From assembly GCA_965223905.1 (NCBI GenBank), contig CBDCXV010000010.1, forward strand, positions 608,001 through 672,000: a DNA stretch of 64,000 nucleotides, read 5' to 3'. Under the pieces are notes generated by a model that was not told the DNA's origin, ran no database searches, and was given only the letters and a program-made list of their open reading frames with translations. Numbering within the stretch: the first letter of the stretch is position 1; every line of letters starts with the position of its first letter. This DNA is from Candidatus Latescibacterota bacterium (GTDB lineage: Bacteria; Latescibacterota; UBA2968; UBA8231). Shown here one piece after another: positions 19,892 through 31,401 of the stretch. Both the position numbers and the translations under genes were made by a program.

Positions 19892-22172
19892 ATGCCGGAA
19901 TCCATGCCGGAACAGCGACCCAGACGGAGCTCCCCCGACCTCGACTTGTTCGCCGCGGGCCGCCGCGACCAGCTCGAGCGGGAGCAGCCGTTGGCGGCGC
20001 GCCTGCGGCCCGCGGCGCTCGACGACTTCGTCGGCCAGGAGCACATCCTCGGGCCCGGACGGCTGCTGCGCCGCGCCATCCAGGCCGACCAGCTCTCCTC
20101 CCTCATCTTCTACGGCCCTCCGGGAACCGGCAAGACCACCCTCGCCCACGTCATCGCCAACACGACGAGTTCCCATTTCATCACCATCAACGCCGTGCTC
20201 GCCGGGGTCGCCGACATCCGGCAGGCGATCGACGAGGCCAAGGAGCGCCGCCACCTGCACGGCCAGCGCACCATCCTCTTCATCGACGAGGTCCACCGCT
20301 TCAACAAGGCCCAGCAGGACGCGCTCCTGCCCTGGGTCGAGAACGGCACCGTCATCCTGATCGGCGCCACCACCGAAAACCCCTACTTCGCCGTCAACAG
20401 GCCGCTGGTCTCCCGCAGCCGCCTGTTCCAGCTCAAATCGCTGACCGAGAGCGACCTGGAGGCGGTCGCCCGCAATGCCCTTTCCGACCCGCGCGGATAC
20501 GGGAGCCTCGACGGCCTGACCGTCGATGACAATGCCCTCGCCCATCTCGTCGACGTCGCCAACGGCGACGCCCGGGCGCTGCTGAACGCCCTCGAGCTCG
20601 CCGTCGAGACGACCGCCTCGAGCAACGGTCGCGTGCACGTCGATCTCGCCGTCGCGGAAGAATCGATCCAGAGGCGGGCCGTTCTCTACGACAAGGAAGG
20701 GGACTACCACTTCGACTCGATCAGCGCCTTCATCAAGTCGATGAGAGGTTCCGACCCGGACGCCACCCTGTACTGGCTCGCCCGCATGGTCTACGCCGGT
20801 GAAGATCCGCGGTTCATCTTTCGCCGCATGATCATCTTCGCCAGCGAGGACGTCGGCATCGCCGATCCCGGGCGCCCTGCCGCTGGTCGTCGCCGCGGCC
20901 GAGGCCTTCGACCGGGTCGGCCTGCCGGAAGGCCGCTTTTCCCTGGCGCAGGCGGCGCTGCACTTGGCGACGGCTCCCAAGAGCAACTCCTCCATGGCCT
21001 TCTTCGACGCCCTCGCCGCGGTCGAGAAGGAACGCGAAGACGAGGTCCCCAACCATCTCAAGGACGCCAATCGCGACAGCGAGGGATTCGGCCACGGGGA
21101 GGGCTACCTCTACCCGCACGCCTACCGCGACCACTGGGTCGCCCAGCAGTACCTGCCCGCCAATCTCCAGGGACGCGTCTTCTACCAGCCCTCCGACCAG
21201 GGGCACGAGGCGGCAATCCGCACCGAGGTTGCCCGGCGCCGCGAGCTGCAGCTCGCCGCGGTTATGGAAAGCGGCAGTCCCGACCTGCCGGCGCCCGAAC
21301 ACCTGTCCCATTCCCCCGCGGACAGCGCCCGCGACCAGTGGCTGGAGCGCGCCGGCGGCGAGACCGGCGCCCTCAACGGCCATCTCCGGGAAGCGGTCTT
21401 CCTCGCCCTCGGACTCGAGCGTCACCACCGGGTCCTCGATCTGGCGGCCGGCTCCGGCCTGCTGACCTGGGAGGCGCTGCGCCGGGTCCCCGAGGGAACG
21501 GTATGGTCGGTCTGCACCGACGCCCCTTCGGCGGTGGGCCTGCGAGAGCTGGCCGCGGCCCACATGGAAGAGCTGGATCGCCCACATGTTCTCGAGACCG
21601 CCATCGAGGACCTCGGCCCTGCCCTCGAGGCCGCGGATCCCGGCATCCGCTTCGAGGCGATCATCGGCCGCAACGCCATAGGTTTCTCGGGGGAAACGGA
21701 GAAGATCGCCCGCCAGCTTCGCGGCCTCGCCGCGCCGGGGTGCCGGCTGCGGCTGTGGGAGGTGGTGCAGCGGCGGGCCCAGCGCCTCTGTCGGCTCGTC
21801 GACCTCGGCGAGCTGGAGGAGGGGTTGAGGGAGCGCGTGATCAGCGCCGAAGAGGCGATTTACGAAGATCCCGACAACCCGCGGGTCAACTGGGAGGAGG
21901 GCGACCTGAAACGGCTGTTGCAGGAGGCGGGGTTCGAGACGGTGGAGTGGACGACCGAGGAGCGGACGACGGTGCGCAGGATCACAATGCAGCAACTCGG
22001 CCACTGGTTCAACCCGGGCGGGGAGAAACACCCGACCTTTGCACGCTACCTGCACCGGCAGCTCGACAACGCCTCGTTGCGGCTGGTGCGGGGCCTGTTC
22101 GAGCGCCAGCTCAACGGGCACAAGGTGCGCTGGACTACGGCCTACACGCTGTTTTCCGCGGTCGCCCCGTAA
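19892..22172 (+). CDS. rarA: Replication-associated recombination ATPase RarA/MgsA fused to a C-terminal class I methyltransferase-like domain; +1 frameshift near 20871
   Basis: [48 protein letters not shown]. Continues in ORF 20964..22172 with APKSNS, YLYPH and VLDLAAGSG. Confidence 0.88.
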
Positions 22173-22181
22173 CGGGGGACC

Positions 22182-22697
22182 TCAGATCAGGTCGCCGAAG
22201 CGCTGTTCGAAAAACAGGGTGAACTGTTGCGGCAGCAGCGGCAGCAGGCGGGCGATGATCGCGAACATCCCCGGGGCCACCGCGCTTTCCTGCAGCCAGC
22301 CGATCCCCTCCGGCAGGTAGCGGCCGATCAGCAGCACCGCCGCGAGCAGAACCTGCAGCCCGACCAGCACTCCGAAAACCCCTCCGAGCAGGCGGTCGAT
22401 CCATCCCAGAAACAGGGCATGCACCGCCTTGCGCAGCAGCCGGGAAACGACCTTCACGCTGAGGGCGATCGAGGCGAACACGAGGGCGAAGCTGGCCGCG
22501 AACCGGAGTCTGGGCATTTCGAAGTCCGGTAGCAGCGGCAGGGCGGCGTCCTGGAGATAGAGCCCGCCGAGAAGACCCAGGCCTATGGCCAGGAACGTCG
22601 CCAGCTGGAGTATCAGCCCCTGCCGGTAGCCGCGGAAGCCGAGGAGGGCGACGAGCCCCAGGGCGGTCCAGTCCAGCCAGTGAATGCCGCTCAACAC
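22182..22697 (-). CDS. cvpA: CvpA (colicin V production) family membrane protein
   Basis: WLDW...GFRGYRQG, LGWIDRLLGGVFG; hydrophobic segments. Confidence 0.85.
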   Translation of the reverse strand: MLSGIHWLDWTALGLVALLGFRGYRQGLILQLATFLAIGLGLLGGLYLQDAALPLLPDFEMPRLRFAASFALVFASIALSVKVVSRLLRKAVHALFLGWIDRLLGGVFGVLVGLQVLLAAVLLIGRYLPEGIGWLQESAVAPGMFAIIARLLPLLPQQFTLFFEQRFGDLI

Positions 22698-22892
22698 GGT
22701 ATCCGGTTGCTCCTGCCCTGGGAGCGATTTAGATTACGACCCTTCATTCCGGAGCTTGTTCGGGATGGATATTGTATATCGGTATCAAGCCGGCCAGGAA
22801 GCCGGTGGCAGAGCAGATTCCCGTGCTCGAGCCCTTGCCCGCAAAGCTACTTTCACACTTCCCGCCCGACAACGTCGAGTGATTTCGAGCCC

Positions 22893-24138
22893 ATGATCAG
22901 GACACGGATTTTGTTCGCCCTGGCCTCGATGGCCCTGGGGATCGGCTGCACGACAACCGAGCAGGAGGTCGCCGAACAGATCGAGGTTCTCGCCGCCAAC
23001 CAGATCGATTCGGAACGCTGGAACCATGCGGTCGACGAGCTGGTGGCCATCGGGCGCCCCGCGGCGCGCCAGTTGATAGTCCTTCTCGACCCCGCGAAAT
23101 ACAAGGGCAAGGACTACCGGGAATTCCGCGCCGAGATCGAGCAGACGCGAACCGGCGCCACGGTCGTGTTGGGGCGCATCAAGCACAAGGCCGCGTCGGC
23201 ACAGATTCACCCCCCGGACCGCAGCGGGGACCTACACCTTCGCCGAGCGGGTCGCCAGTCTCAGGGCGGTCGGTGAACTGGGGTACAACCAGCCGGCGGT
23301 CACGGCCCTGAAGGCGCTCTTCGAGGCCGAAGAGAGATCCGGTCATCCGCCTCTACACGGCGATGGCCCTGGTCAAGATTGAACGAGGTTTCTGGCGTCG
23401 GCGAAGTGCACGCGGCGCTTTCTGCCGACGGACGCCGATCCCGCCCTCGCCGAAGATCGCCGTCGAGGAGCTGCGCCGGACCAACTATTTCGGGGTTCCC
23501 CTGCTCGTAGAGCTGCTCGCCTCGGACACTCCGGACCGGGAGAAGATCTCCTCTGCCTTGAGCGACGTGGAGGAGCGCCTGCAGCAGCAGCTGGAATCCG
23601 ACGATCCGGAAATCCGCATGCGCTCGGCGCTGGCCCTCGGCAACGTGGGCAACCCCCAGGCCATAGGTGCCCTTTCCAGACTTCTCGACGATTCGAGCAA
23701 CCTCGTCCGCTTCAACGCCGCGGGCCTCGATGTCCCGGCTCGGCGACGAGGGCGGAACCGATTTTCTCTTTTCTTCCATGGGCAGCGACGATCCCATCCT
23801 GCGCGTCAACGCGGTGAAGTCGCTGATTGAGGTGCAACGCAGTTCCGGGGCGGTCGAAGAGCGCCTGATCGCAGCCTTGTCGGACGAAGAACGGCTCGCC
23901 CGCTCCGGGGCGGCCCAGGTTCTCGGCCAGGCCCGGGTCATCGCCGCGGTCCCACACCTTCGCGAATGCCGTTTCCGACAGCGCCTCCTGAAGTGCGTTA
24001 CAATGCCGTAATCGCTCTCGGAAAGATCGCGGCGCCGTCGAGGCTCGGGAGCTGCTCGCCTCCCTGGTCGACGACGACGACGCTACTGTCGCCTATTATG
24101 CCGAATGGGCCCTCAGGCAGCTCGGAGGTTCCTCGTGA
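22893..24138 (+). CDS. HEAT-repeat lipoprotein, broken by several frameshifts
   Basis: Lipobox LGIGC; HEAT-like segments IRMRSALALGNVG, LRVNAVKSL, ARSGAAQVLG and VRYNAVIALG distributed over alternating frames. Confidence 0.65.
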
Positions 24139-25068
24139 TCTACACCACCACTCTGGCGAACTGCCGCCTTCTTCTTTCTGATCGCCATCTGCGTTCCCGC
24201 AACCGCCTTCGCCGATGCCGCGGCGACCTTGTTGATCCACCAGGCCCTGGGCAAGGAGCTTTCCGGCCGCCGCCGGGGAAACATCGAGCTGATGGCGTCG
24301 GCGTACGACGAAAAGCGGTTCGTCGTCTACGATGGCGGGTGGACGGGTCGATCCTGTCGGCTGGAAGGTCGTGCACGAATCCGCTTCCGAGTACGTTCGG
24401 GCGCTGGAGGAAGATCTGCGCGCCGGCAAGTACGACATCCAGCGCACCTACCTGCTGGTCAACGTCCTCGAGGGCAGAGCCTTCGTCGCCGTCGTCGACT
24501 CGGGCTCCGTCATCGACCCCGCTACCGGGGCGGCCAGTCAGTACTGGGTCAACGACCTGTGGTTTTTCGAGAAGCGGGACGAGGAGTGGTTTGCCACCGG
24601 TTTCATACACGACATCGGCGACAGCACCGCGGGCCGCTTCGCCGGCGACGTTGCGGTGGACACGGAACTGGCTGAGTTCCTTGAGGAAGAGGCCCAGGAG
24701 TTGGCGCAACGGCAGCGCCGGATCCCTGTCGGGATTTTACGACGACAGGATCACCGTCGTCGACGCCTATGGCCTGGTCACCCCGGCTTCCTGGATCATC
24801 GTGTTCAGCGGCGAGAAGGTCTGGAAGGAGTGGCTCGACAACCGGCTCGAGTTGACGACCTACGACATCGAGCGCAAGGTCGTCCACACCAGCATGGGCG
24901 CTTCCGGCACCGAGGCCCTCGCCGTCGCCCACGAGAAGGTCACCGTGGGTCACACGCTGGGGGATGCGAACCACTCGGCCGACCGCCACGTTATGTGGAC
25001 CCTCAGCAAACAGCGGCGGCAGCTGGCGGGTGACCAACCTGTTCTGGCACCTGCGCCGCCCCAACTAG
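24135..25068 (+). CDS. Secreted hypothetical protein with two tandem NTF2/SnoaL-like domains; frameshifted
   Basis: Pieces in three frames join into a signal peptide plus two similar halves (YDEKRFVVYD...YDIQR...LWFFEK..EEW and YDDRITVVD...YDIER...MWTLSK..GSW). Confidence 0.5.
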
Positions 25069-25396
25069 ATGCTACTCTGCACAATTGCTTGCCCCTGAGA
25101 GCAATCCCTCCTGCCGAGCAGCGCGGGTCCGTGCTCCAGCGAGTTTTCACCGCGTGCCTTCCTCCTTCTGAGAACCCCTCCTCGAAGAAATCTGTGGCCT
25201 CGGGAAAGTCACTGCCATGGGAACAGCTGCCCTGTGCCTGTACAGGGCAGCGCCCTCCCTTCCGGGGCAGGCTTCGGAAACGAAACCGAGCTGAAATAAA
25301 CTGAAATAACAGAAGAACGGCGGCATGCCCATCGCCACCACCCTCACGACCACCGACCGCGCCGCTGCCGCAACCCGGCGCCCAAGCTGCTGACCC

Positions 25397-27288
25397 GTGG
25401 AAAAACTCGGCTGGCTGCTGCTCTTCATTCTCGGCTACTGGGCCTACTGCATCTTTGGGGCTGGAAGGGCGCCCGCCAGACCCGCACCGCCAGCGACTAC
25501 TTCTTAGCCGGCCGCAGCATCGGGCTGTGGGTTTTCGTCCTCGCCGCCACGGCCACCTCCTTCAGCGGCTGGACCTTCGTCGGCCATCCCGGCACGATCT
25601 ACGGCGTCGGGCTTCCCTACGCCTTCGCCTCCTTCTACGCGATAACGATCCCGCTCACCGGCGTGATCTTCCTCAAGCGCCAGTGGCTGCTCGGCAAACG
25701 CTACGGGTACATCACCCCCGGGGAGATGTTCAGCGACTACTACCGCAGCGACTGGATGCGGGTGCTCACCGTCGTCGTCGCCATGGTCTTCTCGGTGCCG
25801 TACCTGGGAATCCAGCTGCGGGCTTCCGGAATCCTGTTCAAGCGCCTCGTCGAGGGCACCGCCCTCGAAACCACAGTGATCGGCGATATCGAGGGGGGAG
25901 CGATCCTGCTGTCGATCGTCGTCTTCCTCTACGTCGCTTCCGGAGGCCTGCGCTCGGTCGCCTACGTCGACTGCGCCCAGTGCATCCTCCTCGCCCTCGG
26001 CATCGTCATCCTCGGCTTCGTAGCCCTCGACCTCGTCGGCGGCTGGGCGAACTTCCAGCACGGCCTTGCAGGTCTGGCCAGCCAGAGCCACGACATGGTC
26101 GCCATTCCGACGCGGCCGGAGTCCGATTCCTTTCTCGAACGGGCAGGCACCATGTTCTGGGACCTGTCGGGCGGTCCCTGGACCGGGCTGATGATCATGA
26201 CCTACATGTTCGCCCTGATGGGCATTCAGTCCGCCCCTGCCTTTTCGATGTGGGCCTTTTCCAACCGCGATCCCCGGCCCTTTCCGTGGCAGCAGGTTTT
26301 CGCCTCCTCCGTCGTGATCGGCGCCATCCTCTTCTTCTTCACCGCCTTCCAGGGACTCGGCGGCGCCATCCTCGACCGCGGCCTTCTGCCGGGGGTCGAA
26401 AGGCTCGGGATCCCGGTAAACGAGGCCGGCAAACCGATCTCCGACTACCTCGTCCCGTACCTGATATCGACCCTGTCCGATGGCTTTCCATGGCTCGTCG
26501 GGCTGCTCGCCGTCTGCGCCCTCGCCGCCATGCAGTCGACGGGGGCGGCCTACATGTCGACGGCGAGCGGCATCGTCACCCGGGATCTCTACCGCCATTT
26601 CCTCAACCGGGAGGCCTCGCACCGAGCCCAGGTCTTGGTCGGCCGAATAACCGTCGCCGTCGTCATCAGCCTCGCCCTGATTGTAGGGCTCGCCAGCGGC
26701 GACCTGCTCGTGCTTCTGGGGGGAGCCGCGGTCTCTTACGGTTTCCAGATGTGGCCGGCGCTTCTCGGCATCTGCTACATCCGCTTCTTCACCCCCGCCG
26801 GCGTGATTTGCGGCCTGATCGGGGGGCTTCTCGCCGTCACCTTCACCTACGTTACCGAGCTGGGAGGCCTGATCGGCATCGGGCGCTACCCGCTGACGAT
26901 CCACAGCGCCGGTTGGGGTATCCTCGTGAACATGCTGTTGACGGTCGCGGTCAGTGCCTTCACGCAACCGAAAACCGCGGCCGAAGCAGAGCACCGGGAC
27001 CGCTATCACCGCTTCATCGCGCAGCATACGGCGCTGCCGCCCGAAAAGCGGAAGTGGAGACTTCCGGTCTGGGGCCTGGTGGTCGTCTGGTTCCTGTTCG
27101 CCATCGGGCCCTTCGCCGTACTCGGCAACCAGACCGACCCCGCCCAGTGGTCTTTCGGCATCCCCACCCTCTGGGTCTGGCAGATCGCATGGTGGATCTG
27201 CGGCTGCGTGATGATCTACCTCCTCGCCTTCAAGCTCGAGATGTCCACGGTGCCGGAGGCTGAGGTAGAATCCCTGTCCTCCGACTGA
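25397..27288 (+). CDS. Sodium:solute symporter family protein; -1 frameshift near 25455
   Basis: SDYFLAGRSIG, ATSFSGWTF, YVASGGLRSVAYVD, AAMQST; many transmembrane helices. Adding one T to ttt restores the frame from GTG 25397. Confidence 0.88.
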
Positions 27289-27480
27289 TCACCACCAGTC
27301 ACCGGATCGGCCTGTCTCGGGTGTATGGCCATTAAACGGGACGAGCCCAATGGGTTGTCTGCGTCATATAGCCCTACGGTCGATACCCACGGGTTGGTTG
27401 GGAAACTGGAGGATCCCGGGGGGATTCCGCCGGGATCGACGTCGCGCTAGCCGGTGAACGGCACTATCTCCAGGAACACC

Positions 27481-29169
27481 ATGGGACTGGTTCGTTATAC
27501 CGCCGCCCTGCTCGCCGGCATCGCGGTAGCAGCGGCGCTGCCGGCAGCCGGGGAACAGGACGGCTGGAGTCTGTTTCCACCGCTGATCGCCATTCTCACA
27601 GCGGTCGCCACCGGCAGGCTGGCCCTGGGTCTGGCGACCGCCATCGTCGCCGCGGCCGCCATCAGCATGCCGGAAGCCGGGGGGTGGACCTTTCCCTTCG
27701 CCGTTCTCCAGCGCGCCGCCGTCGACTTCGTATGGGCGCCGTTGAGGGAGTCGTTCCAGCTCTACATACTCGCCTTTACCGCCTCACTGGTCGGAATGGT
27801 CCGGGTGGTCGTTCTGGCGGGGGGTACCCAGGGAATCGCCGAACTGCTTGCCCGGCGGGCGCAAGGGGCCCGCTCGGCGCGGCTGGCGGCTTTCCTGATG
27901 GGTATGGCCATCTTCTTCGACGACTACGCCAACACCCTCGTGGTGGGTACTACCATGCGCCCGATCTGCGACGGCTTCCGCGTGTCGCGCGAGAAACTCG
28001 CCTACATCGTCGATTCCACCGCGGCCCCGGTGGCCGGCCTGGCGCTGATCAGCACCTGGATCGGGTACGAGGTCGGGCTGTTCGAAGAGGTGATGCAGGA
28101 GCTGAACACCGGGGTGTCGGGGTACGAGCTGTTCTTCCTCGCCCTGCCGTCGCGGTTCTACTGCTTCCTGTCCCTGGTCCTGGTCGCCTGTACCGTGCTG
28201 ATGCGCCGCGACTACGGCCCCATGCTGACGGCCGAGCGCCGCGCCGCGGCCACGGGTGCCGTCCTGCGGCCGGGAGCGCGGCCGATGACCGGCGAGAAGA
28301 GCGACTCCCTGAAGCCGCCCGCAGGAGTGCAGCCTCACTGGTGGACCGCGGCCCTGCCCGTCGGTCTGGTGATTTTCGGGATCCTCGGCGGCATGCAGTG
28401 GGATGCGTGGGGCTCCCCTGCCGTCCAGGCAGCCCGAGGCGGGTTCTTTCTCGCGGACGGCGGCTACTGGATCGCCGTCTTCAGCAATGCCGCCGGGGCC
28501 CGGGTGATGTTCCTCGCCTCGATGGCCGGCACGGCCGCGGCCTGCGCGATCGCCCTCGCCCGCCGCTCGCCGGGCGGCGGGCGCCCCCTGGGCGCCGCCC
28601 GCGTCGCCGCGGCCTGGCTCGGAGGCATCGCCAGCTTCCGGCACGCCCTCGTCGTCCTCCTGCTGGCCTGGGCGATAAAGGAGGCCTGCCAGGCGGTCGG
28701 TACCGACTCCTACCTGGTCTCGGCGCTGGGAAGCTCTCTGTCCCCCGGACTCGTCCCTGTGGCGACCTTCCTGCTGGCCGCGCTCGTGGCCTTTGCGATC
28801 GGGACCTCGTGGACGACGATGGCGATCCTGCTGCCCTCGGTGCTTCCGCTCGCCTACGAGCTCGGGGGCATGCCGGTCGCCGTGCTCACCGCCGCGGCCG
28901 TGCTCGATGGCGCCATTTTCGGCGACCACTGCTCTCCCATCAGCGACACCACCCTGCTTTCGAGCATAGCGGCCGCCTGCGACCACATGGATCACGTGCG
29001 CACGCAGATCCTCTACGCCCTGACCGCGATGGTCGCCGCCGCGGCCCTGGGGTACGCGGGAAGCGCGTACCTGTATTCTTCGTGGGTCGGTCTGCTGTTG
29101 GGCGGGTTGGTTGTCGGGGCGCTGGTGCGCCTGGCCGGCAGGGATCCGGAGGTTACCAGCTCGCCGTAG
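27481..29169 (+). CDS. Na+/H+ antiporter NhaC family protein
   Basis: FFDDYAN, SREKLAYIVDSTAAP, GTSWTT, GAIFGDHCSPISDTT, DHMDHVRTQ. Confidence 0.9.
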   Translation: MGLVRYTAALLAGIAVAAALPAAGEQDGWSLFPPLIAILTAVATGRLALGLATAIVAAAAISMPEAGGWTFPFAVLQRAAVDFVWAPLRESFQLYILAFTASLVGMVRVVVLAGGTQGIAELLARRAQGARSARLAAFLMGMAIFFDDYANTLVVGTTMRPICDGFRVSREKLAYIVDSTAAPVAGLALISTWIGYEVGLFEEVMQELNTGVSGYELFFLALPSRFYCFLSLVLVACTVLMRRDYGPMLTAERRAAATGAVLRPGARPMTGEKSDSLKPPAGVQPHWWTAALPVGLVIFGILGGMQWDAWGSPAVQAARGGFFLADGGYWIAVFSNAAGARVMFLASMAGTAAACAIALARRSPGGGRPLGAARVAAAWLGGIASFRHALVVLLLAWAIKEACQAVGTDSYLVSALGSSLSPGLVPVATFLLAALVAFAIGTSWTTMAILLPSVLPLAYELGGMPVAVLTAAAVLDGAIFGDHCSPISDTTLLSSIAAACDHMDHVRTQILYALTAMVAAAALGYAGSAYLYSSWVGLLLGGLVVGALVRLAGRDPEVTSSP

Positions 29170-29665
29170 TGCGGTCGACGATCTCCTCGATCACCATGTC
29201 GAGCCCGGCTTCGACGGCGAGATCCCGACCCTTCTCGTCGGGAAGCGCCGCGTCGTACGTCCCCCACCCCTCCAGACTCTCGAGGTCGAGAAGCTGACTC
29301 TCGTCGCCGGTGCGCACCAGCTCGGCTTCGATCCAGACGCGAAACCGGTACTGCTCGGTCACTTCCTCGGCGGTGAAGGTGAACAACGGGCTGTCCTCCA
29401 GCGCCACCAGCCGCAGAAGCAGGAGAGCATCGGCGCTCTCCTCGTCGACGACACGCAGGCGGCCGTCGACGGTGAAGGCGTCGCTGATGCGCTCGCTGAG
29501 AGTCTCGGCGATCCGCTCCTCCGCGGTATCGTTTTCAGCTATCGGGATGGCGACGCTGCGGATGCCGCCCACGAGCCCCGAGCTGGTCGAGTAGTGGGCG
29601 CAGGCGCCGAGTGAGGCGAGGGCGAAGCAGCAGGGGAGGACGGAGCTCGAGAAGCCGAGCCTCAG
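29153..29665 (-). CDS. lptE: LPS assembly lipoprotein LptE family
   Basis: Lipobox LGAC then HYS, IRSVAIP..ENDT, ADALL, EQYR...EAEL, C-terminal W. No ATG/GTG at the expected position; a CTG start is inferred. Confidence 0.7.
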   Translation of the reverse strand: MRLGFSSSVLPCCFALASLGACAHYSTSSGLVGGIRSVAIPIAENDTAEERIAETLSERISDAFTVDGRLRVVDEESADALLLLRLVALEDSPLFTFTAEEVTEQYRFRVWIEAELVRTGDESQLLDLESLEGWGTYDAALPDEKGRDLAVEAGLDMVIEEIVDRTTASW

Positions 29666-30270
29666 GCTCCAGGTGATGATTGGGACTTCTCCGAGTCCGG
29701 GGCGGTTTCTTCCGGCGCCCGGGACTCGCCTTGCACCGGTTCGGCCGGAGCTTGATCGGCGGCCTCGGCGGTCGCCGCAGTCGCATAGGTCTTGGAGGGC
29801 AGATCCGGGGCCACAGGCTGCTCGGGGGCAGGGGACGCTGGCGGCTGCGGTCCCTGCTCCTCCCTGACCAGGCGGGCCCGGTCTCCGACTTCGATCGGAC
29901 GAACCTTCGGGCGTCCCGCGAGACCGGTGGCGCGCACCTGCATAATGGCGCGGTCCCCCGCCGCGGAGCCGTAGACTCCAAAGGAATGGCGCACCATCAT
30001 GGTGCTGAGCGTGCCGGAGGTGTCGGTCTCCTGTCTCAGCGGAGAGCGCACCGTACACATTCGCTCCTGCACGTGCTCTACCACCACCCGCGCCTTCACG
30101 ACCTCCCAGTTTCCGAGGCTCTCCCCGGAGTCCGGATCGGTGATCTCCTGCTGCTCGGCGACGATGGCGAACACCATCCCCTCGCTGACTCCCTGTTCCG
30201 CACCGACGTTGAGAACCAGGGTAGTTTCGTCGGCGACGGCGGCGACTTTTGCTGAGATATTTTCCGGCAT
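29662..30270 (-). CDS. Hypothetical protein (FlgT-C-like beta domain plus Pro/Ala-rich tail)
   Basis: LVLNVGAEQGVSEGMVF, ITDPDSGESLG, VEHVQER, IEVGD. Confidence 0.6.
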   Translation of the reverse strand: MPENISAKVAAVADETTLVLNVGAEQGVSEGMVFAIVAEQQEITDPDSGESLGNWEVVKARVVVEHVQERMCTVRSPLRQETDTSGTLSTMMVRHSFGVYGSAAGDRAIMQVRATGLAGRPKVRPIEVGDRARLVREEQGPQPPASPAPEQPVAPDLPSKTYATAATAEAADQAPAEPVQGESRAPEETAPDSEKSQSSPGA

Positions 30271-30363
30271 GACCGATTCAGACTGCTCAAACGGGTTTCA
30301 CAGGTACATAAAAAAACCCGGTCTGCTCGGGCGCAAGCCGGGTTCTCGACCGCCTGTTCGTGC

Positions 30364-31401
30364 TCATCCGCCTGCCGCGGCCGAGAGCCAGCCGGCCACG
30401 CGGTTGTCCTCGGGCCAGTCGAGGATGAAATCTTCCGGATCCAGATACCCGTTCCTTCCCCCCGCCTTGCTGTTCTGGTAACGCACCGCGTAATGCAGGT
30501 GCGGTCCCGTCGAGCGCCCCGTGTTGCCCATGGTGCCGATGGTCTGGCCCCTCTCAACCCAGTCCCCCTTCTTGACAAACATCTTGGCGAGATGGCCGTA
30601 CTCGGTGCGAAAGGTTCCCGGAAGGGTGTAGACCTCACCGGAGTTGGTCGTCATTCTCAGGTCGTGCTTGATGACGATCACGTTTCCTAGGCGATTGTTG
30701 TGGTAGGAGTGGATCACTTCCCCGTCCGCGGTGGCGATGACCTTCGTACCCCTGCGTCCGGCAAGGTCCAGACCGAAGTGGCGAGCCTTGCGCCCCGTAA
30801 AGGGATCGATACGGGGACCGAACTTGGACGACTTCCACGCCAGATCTCTCGGCACCGGGGAGATCGTCGGCAAGGCGCGGCGCCCCTCCTCGCTCAGCCG
30901 GTAGTTCCTGGCGATCTGGTCGTAACTGACTTCCTGAAAGCTCGCCTCCATCCACAGCCGGAAGACGCGGGCTTTGATATCCTCGACAAGGGATCGTTTG
31001 CGGGCCGGCAGAAAGGCGAACTCCTCGGGCAGCTCCTCCACGCCGAACTCGCTGAAGCCGCCAATGCCACCCAGTCTCGCGTCCTCGGTGTCGAGCTCCA
31101 TGTTGTGCAGGGCGCGAAGCCGGTAGTCGCTCTGAGCCAACTCGGTCATCACCTCTTCGAGACCGGTGACATCCCTGCGCGTCTGCTGCAGCGCGTTGGC
31201 AAGCTGCAAGTTCTCGTAGCGCAGGTCGGCAATGGTCGAGGACTGGTCGGCGCGCAGGTGATATCCCGACCCGTAATAACCGAGAGCGCAGCAGATCAGC
31301 ATCAGCCCCGCGGCTCCGAAAAGAGGCGACGAAATCCTGAACTCCTTCACATGCCCGTCGTTGGGGGGAATTACGATGAAGGTGTATTGCTTGCGGGGCA
31401 T
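30364..31401 (-). CDS. M23-family metalloendopeptidase with N-terminal transmembrane segment and coiled coil
   Basis: FGPRIDPFTG, HFGLD, YGHL, GNTGRSTGPHLHY. Confidence 0.92.
   Translation of the reverse strand: MPRKQYTFIVIPPNDGHVKEFRISSPLFGAAGLMLICCALGYYGSGYHLRADQSSTIADLRYENLQLANALQQTRRDVTGLEEVMTELAQSDYRLRALHNMELDTEDARLGGIGGFSEFGVEELPEEFAFLPARKRSLVEDIKARVFRLWMEASFQEVSYDQIARNYRLSEEGRRALPTISPVPRDLAWKSSKFGPRIDPFTGRKARHFGLDLAGRRGTKVIATADGEVIHSYHNNRLGNVIVIKHDLRMTTNSGEVYTLPGTFRTEYGHLAKMFVKKGDWVERGQTIGTMGNTGRSTGPHLHYAVRYQNSKAGGRNGYLDPEDFILDWPEDNRVAGWLSAAAGG

Noticed and set aside
20860-20880. Programmed ribosomal frameshift in rarA or other split genes
   Set aside because: No canonical slippery heptamer. 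Indels of both signs occur in many unrelated genes, which favours sequencing error.
25325-25393. 22-aa Thr/Ala-rich leader peptide (MPIATTLTTTDRAAAATRRPSC) before the symporter
   Set aside because: No clear ribosome binding site or attenuator hairpin with U-tract. It lies in the indel-rich region and could be part of the symporter N-terminus.
27289-27480. Possible REP element or structured RNA between the symporter and nhaC
   Set aside because: Only short imperfect palindromes are present (cccaatggg, acccacgggt, gatcccgg...ccgggatc); no second copy and no recognisable family.
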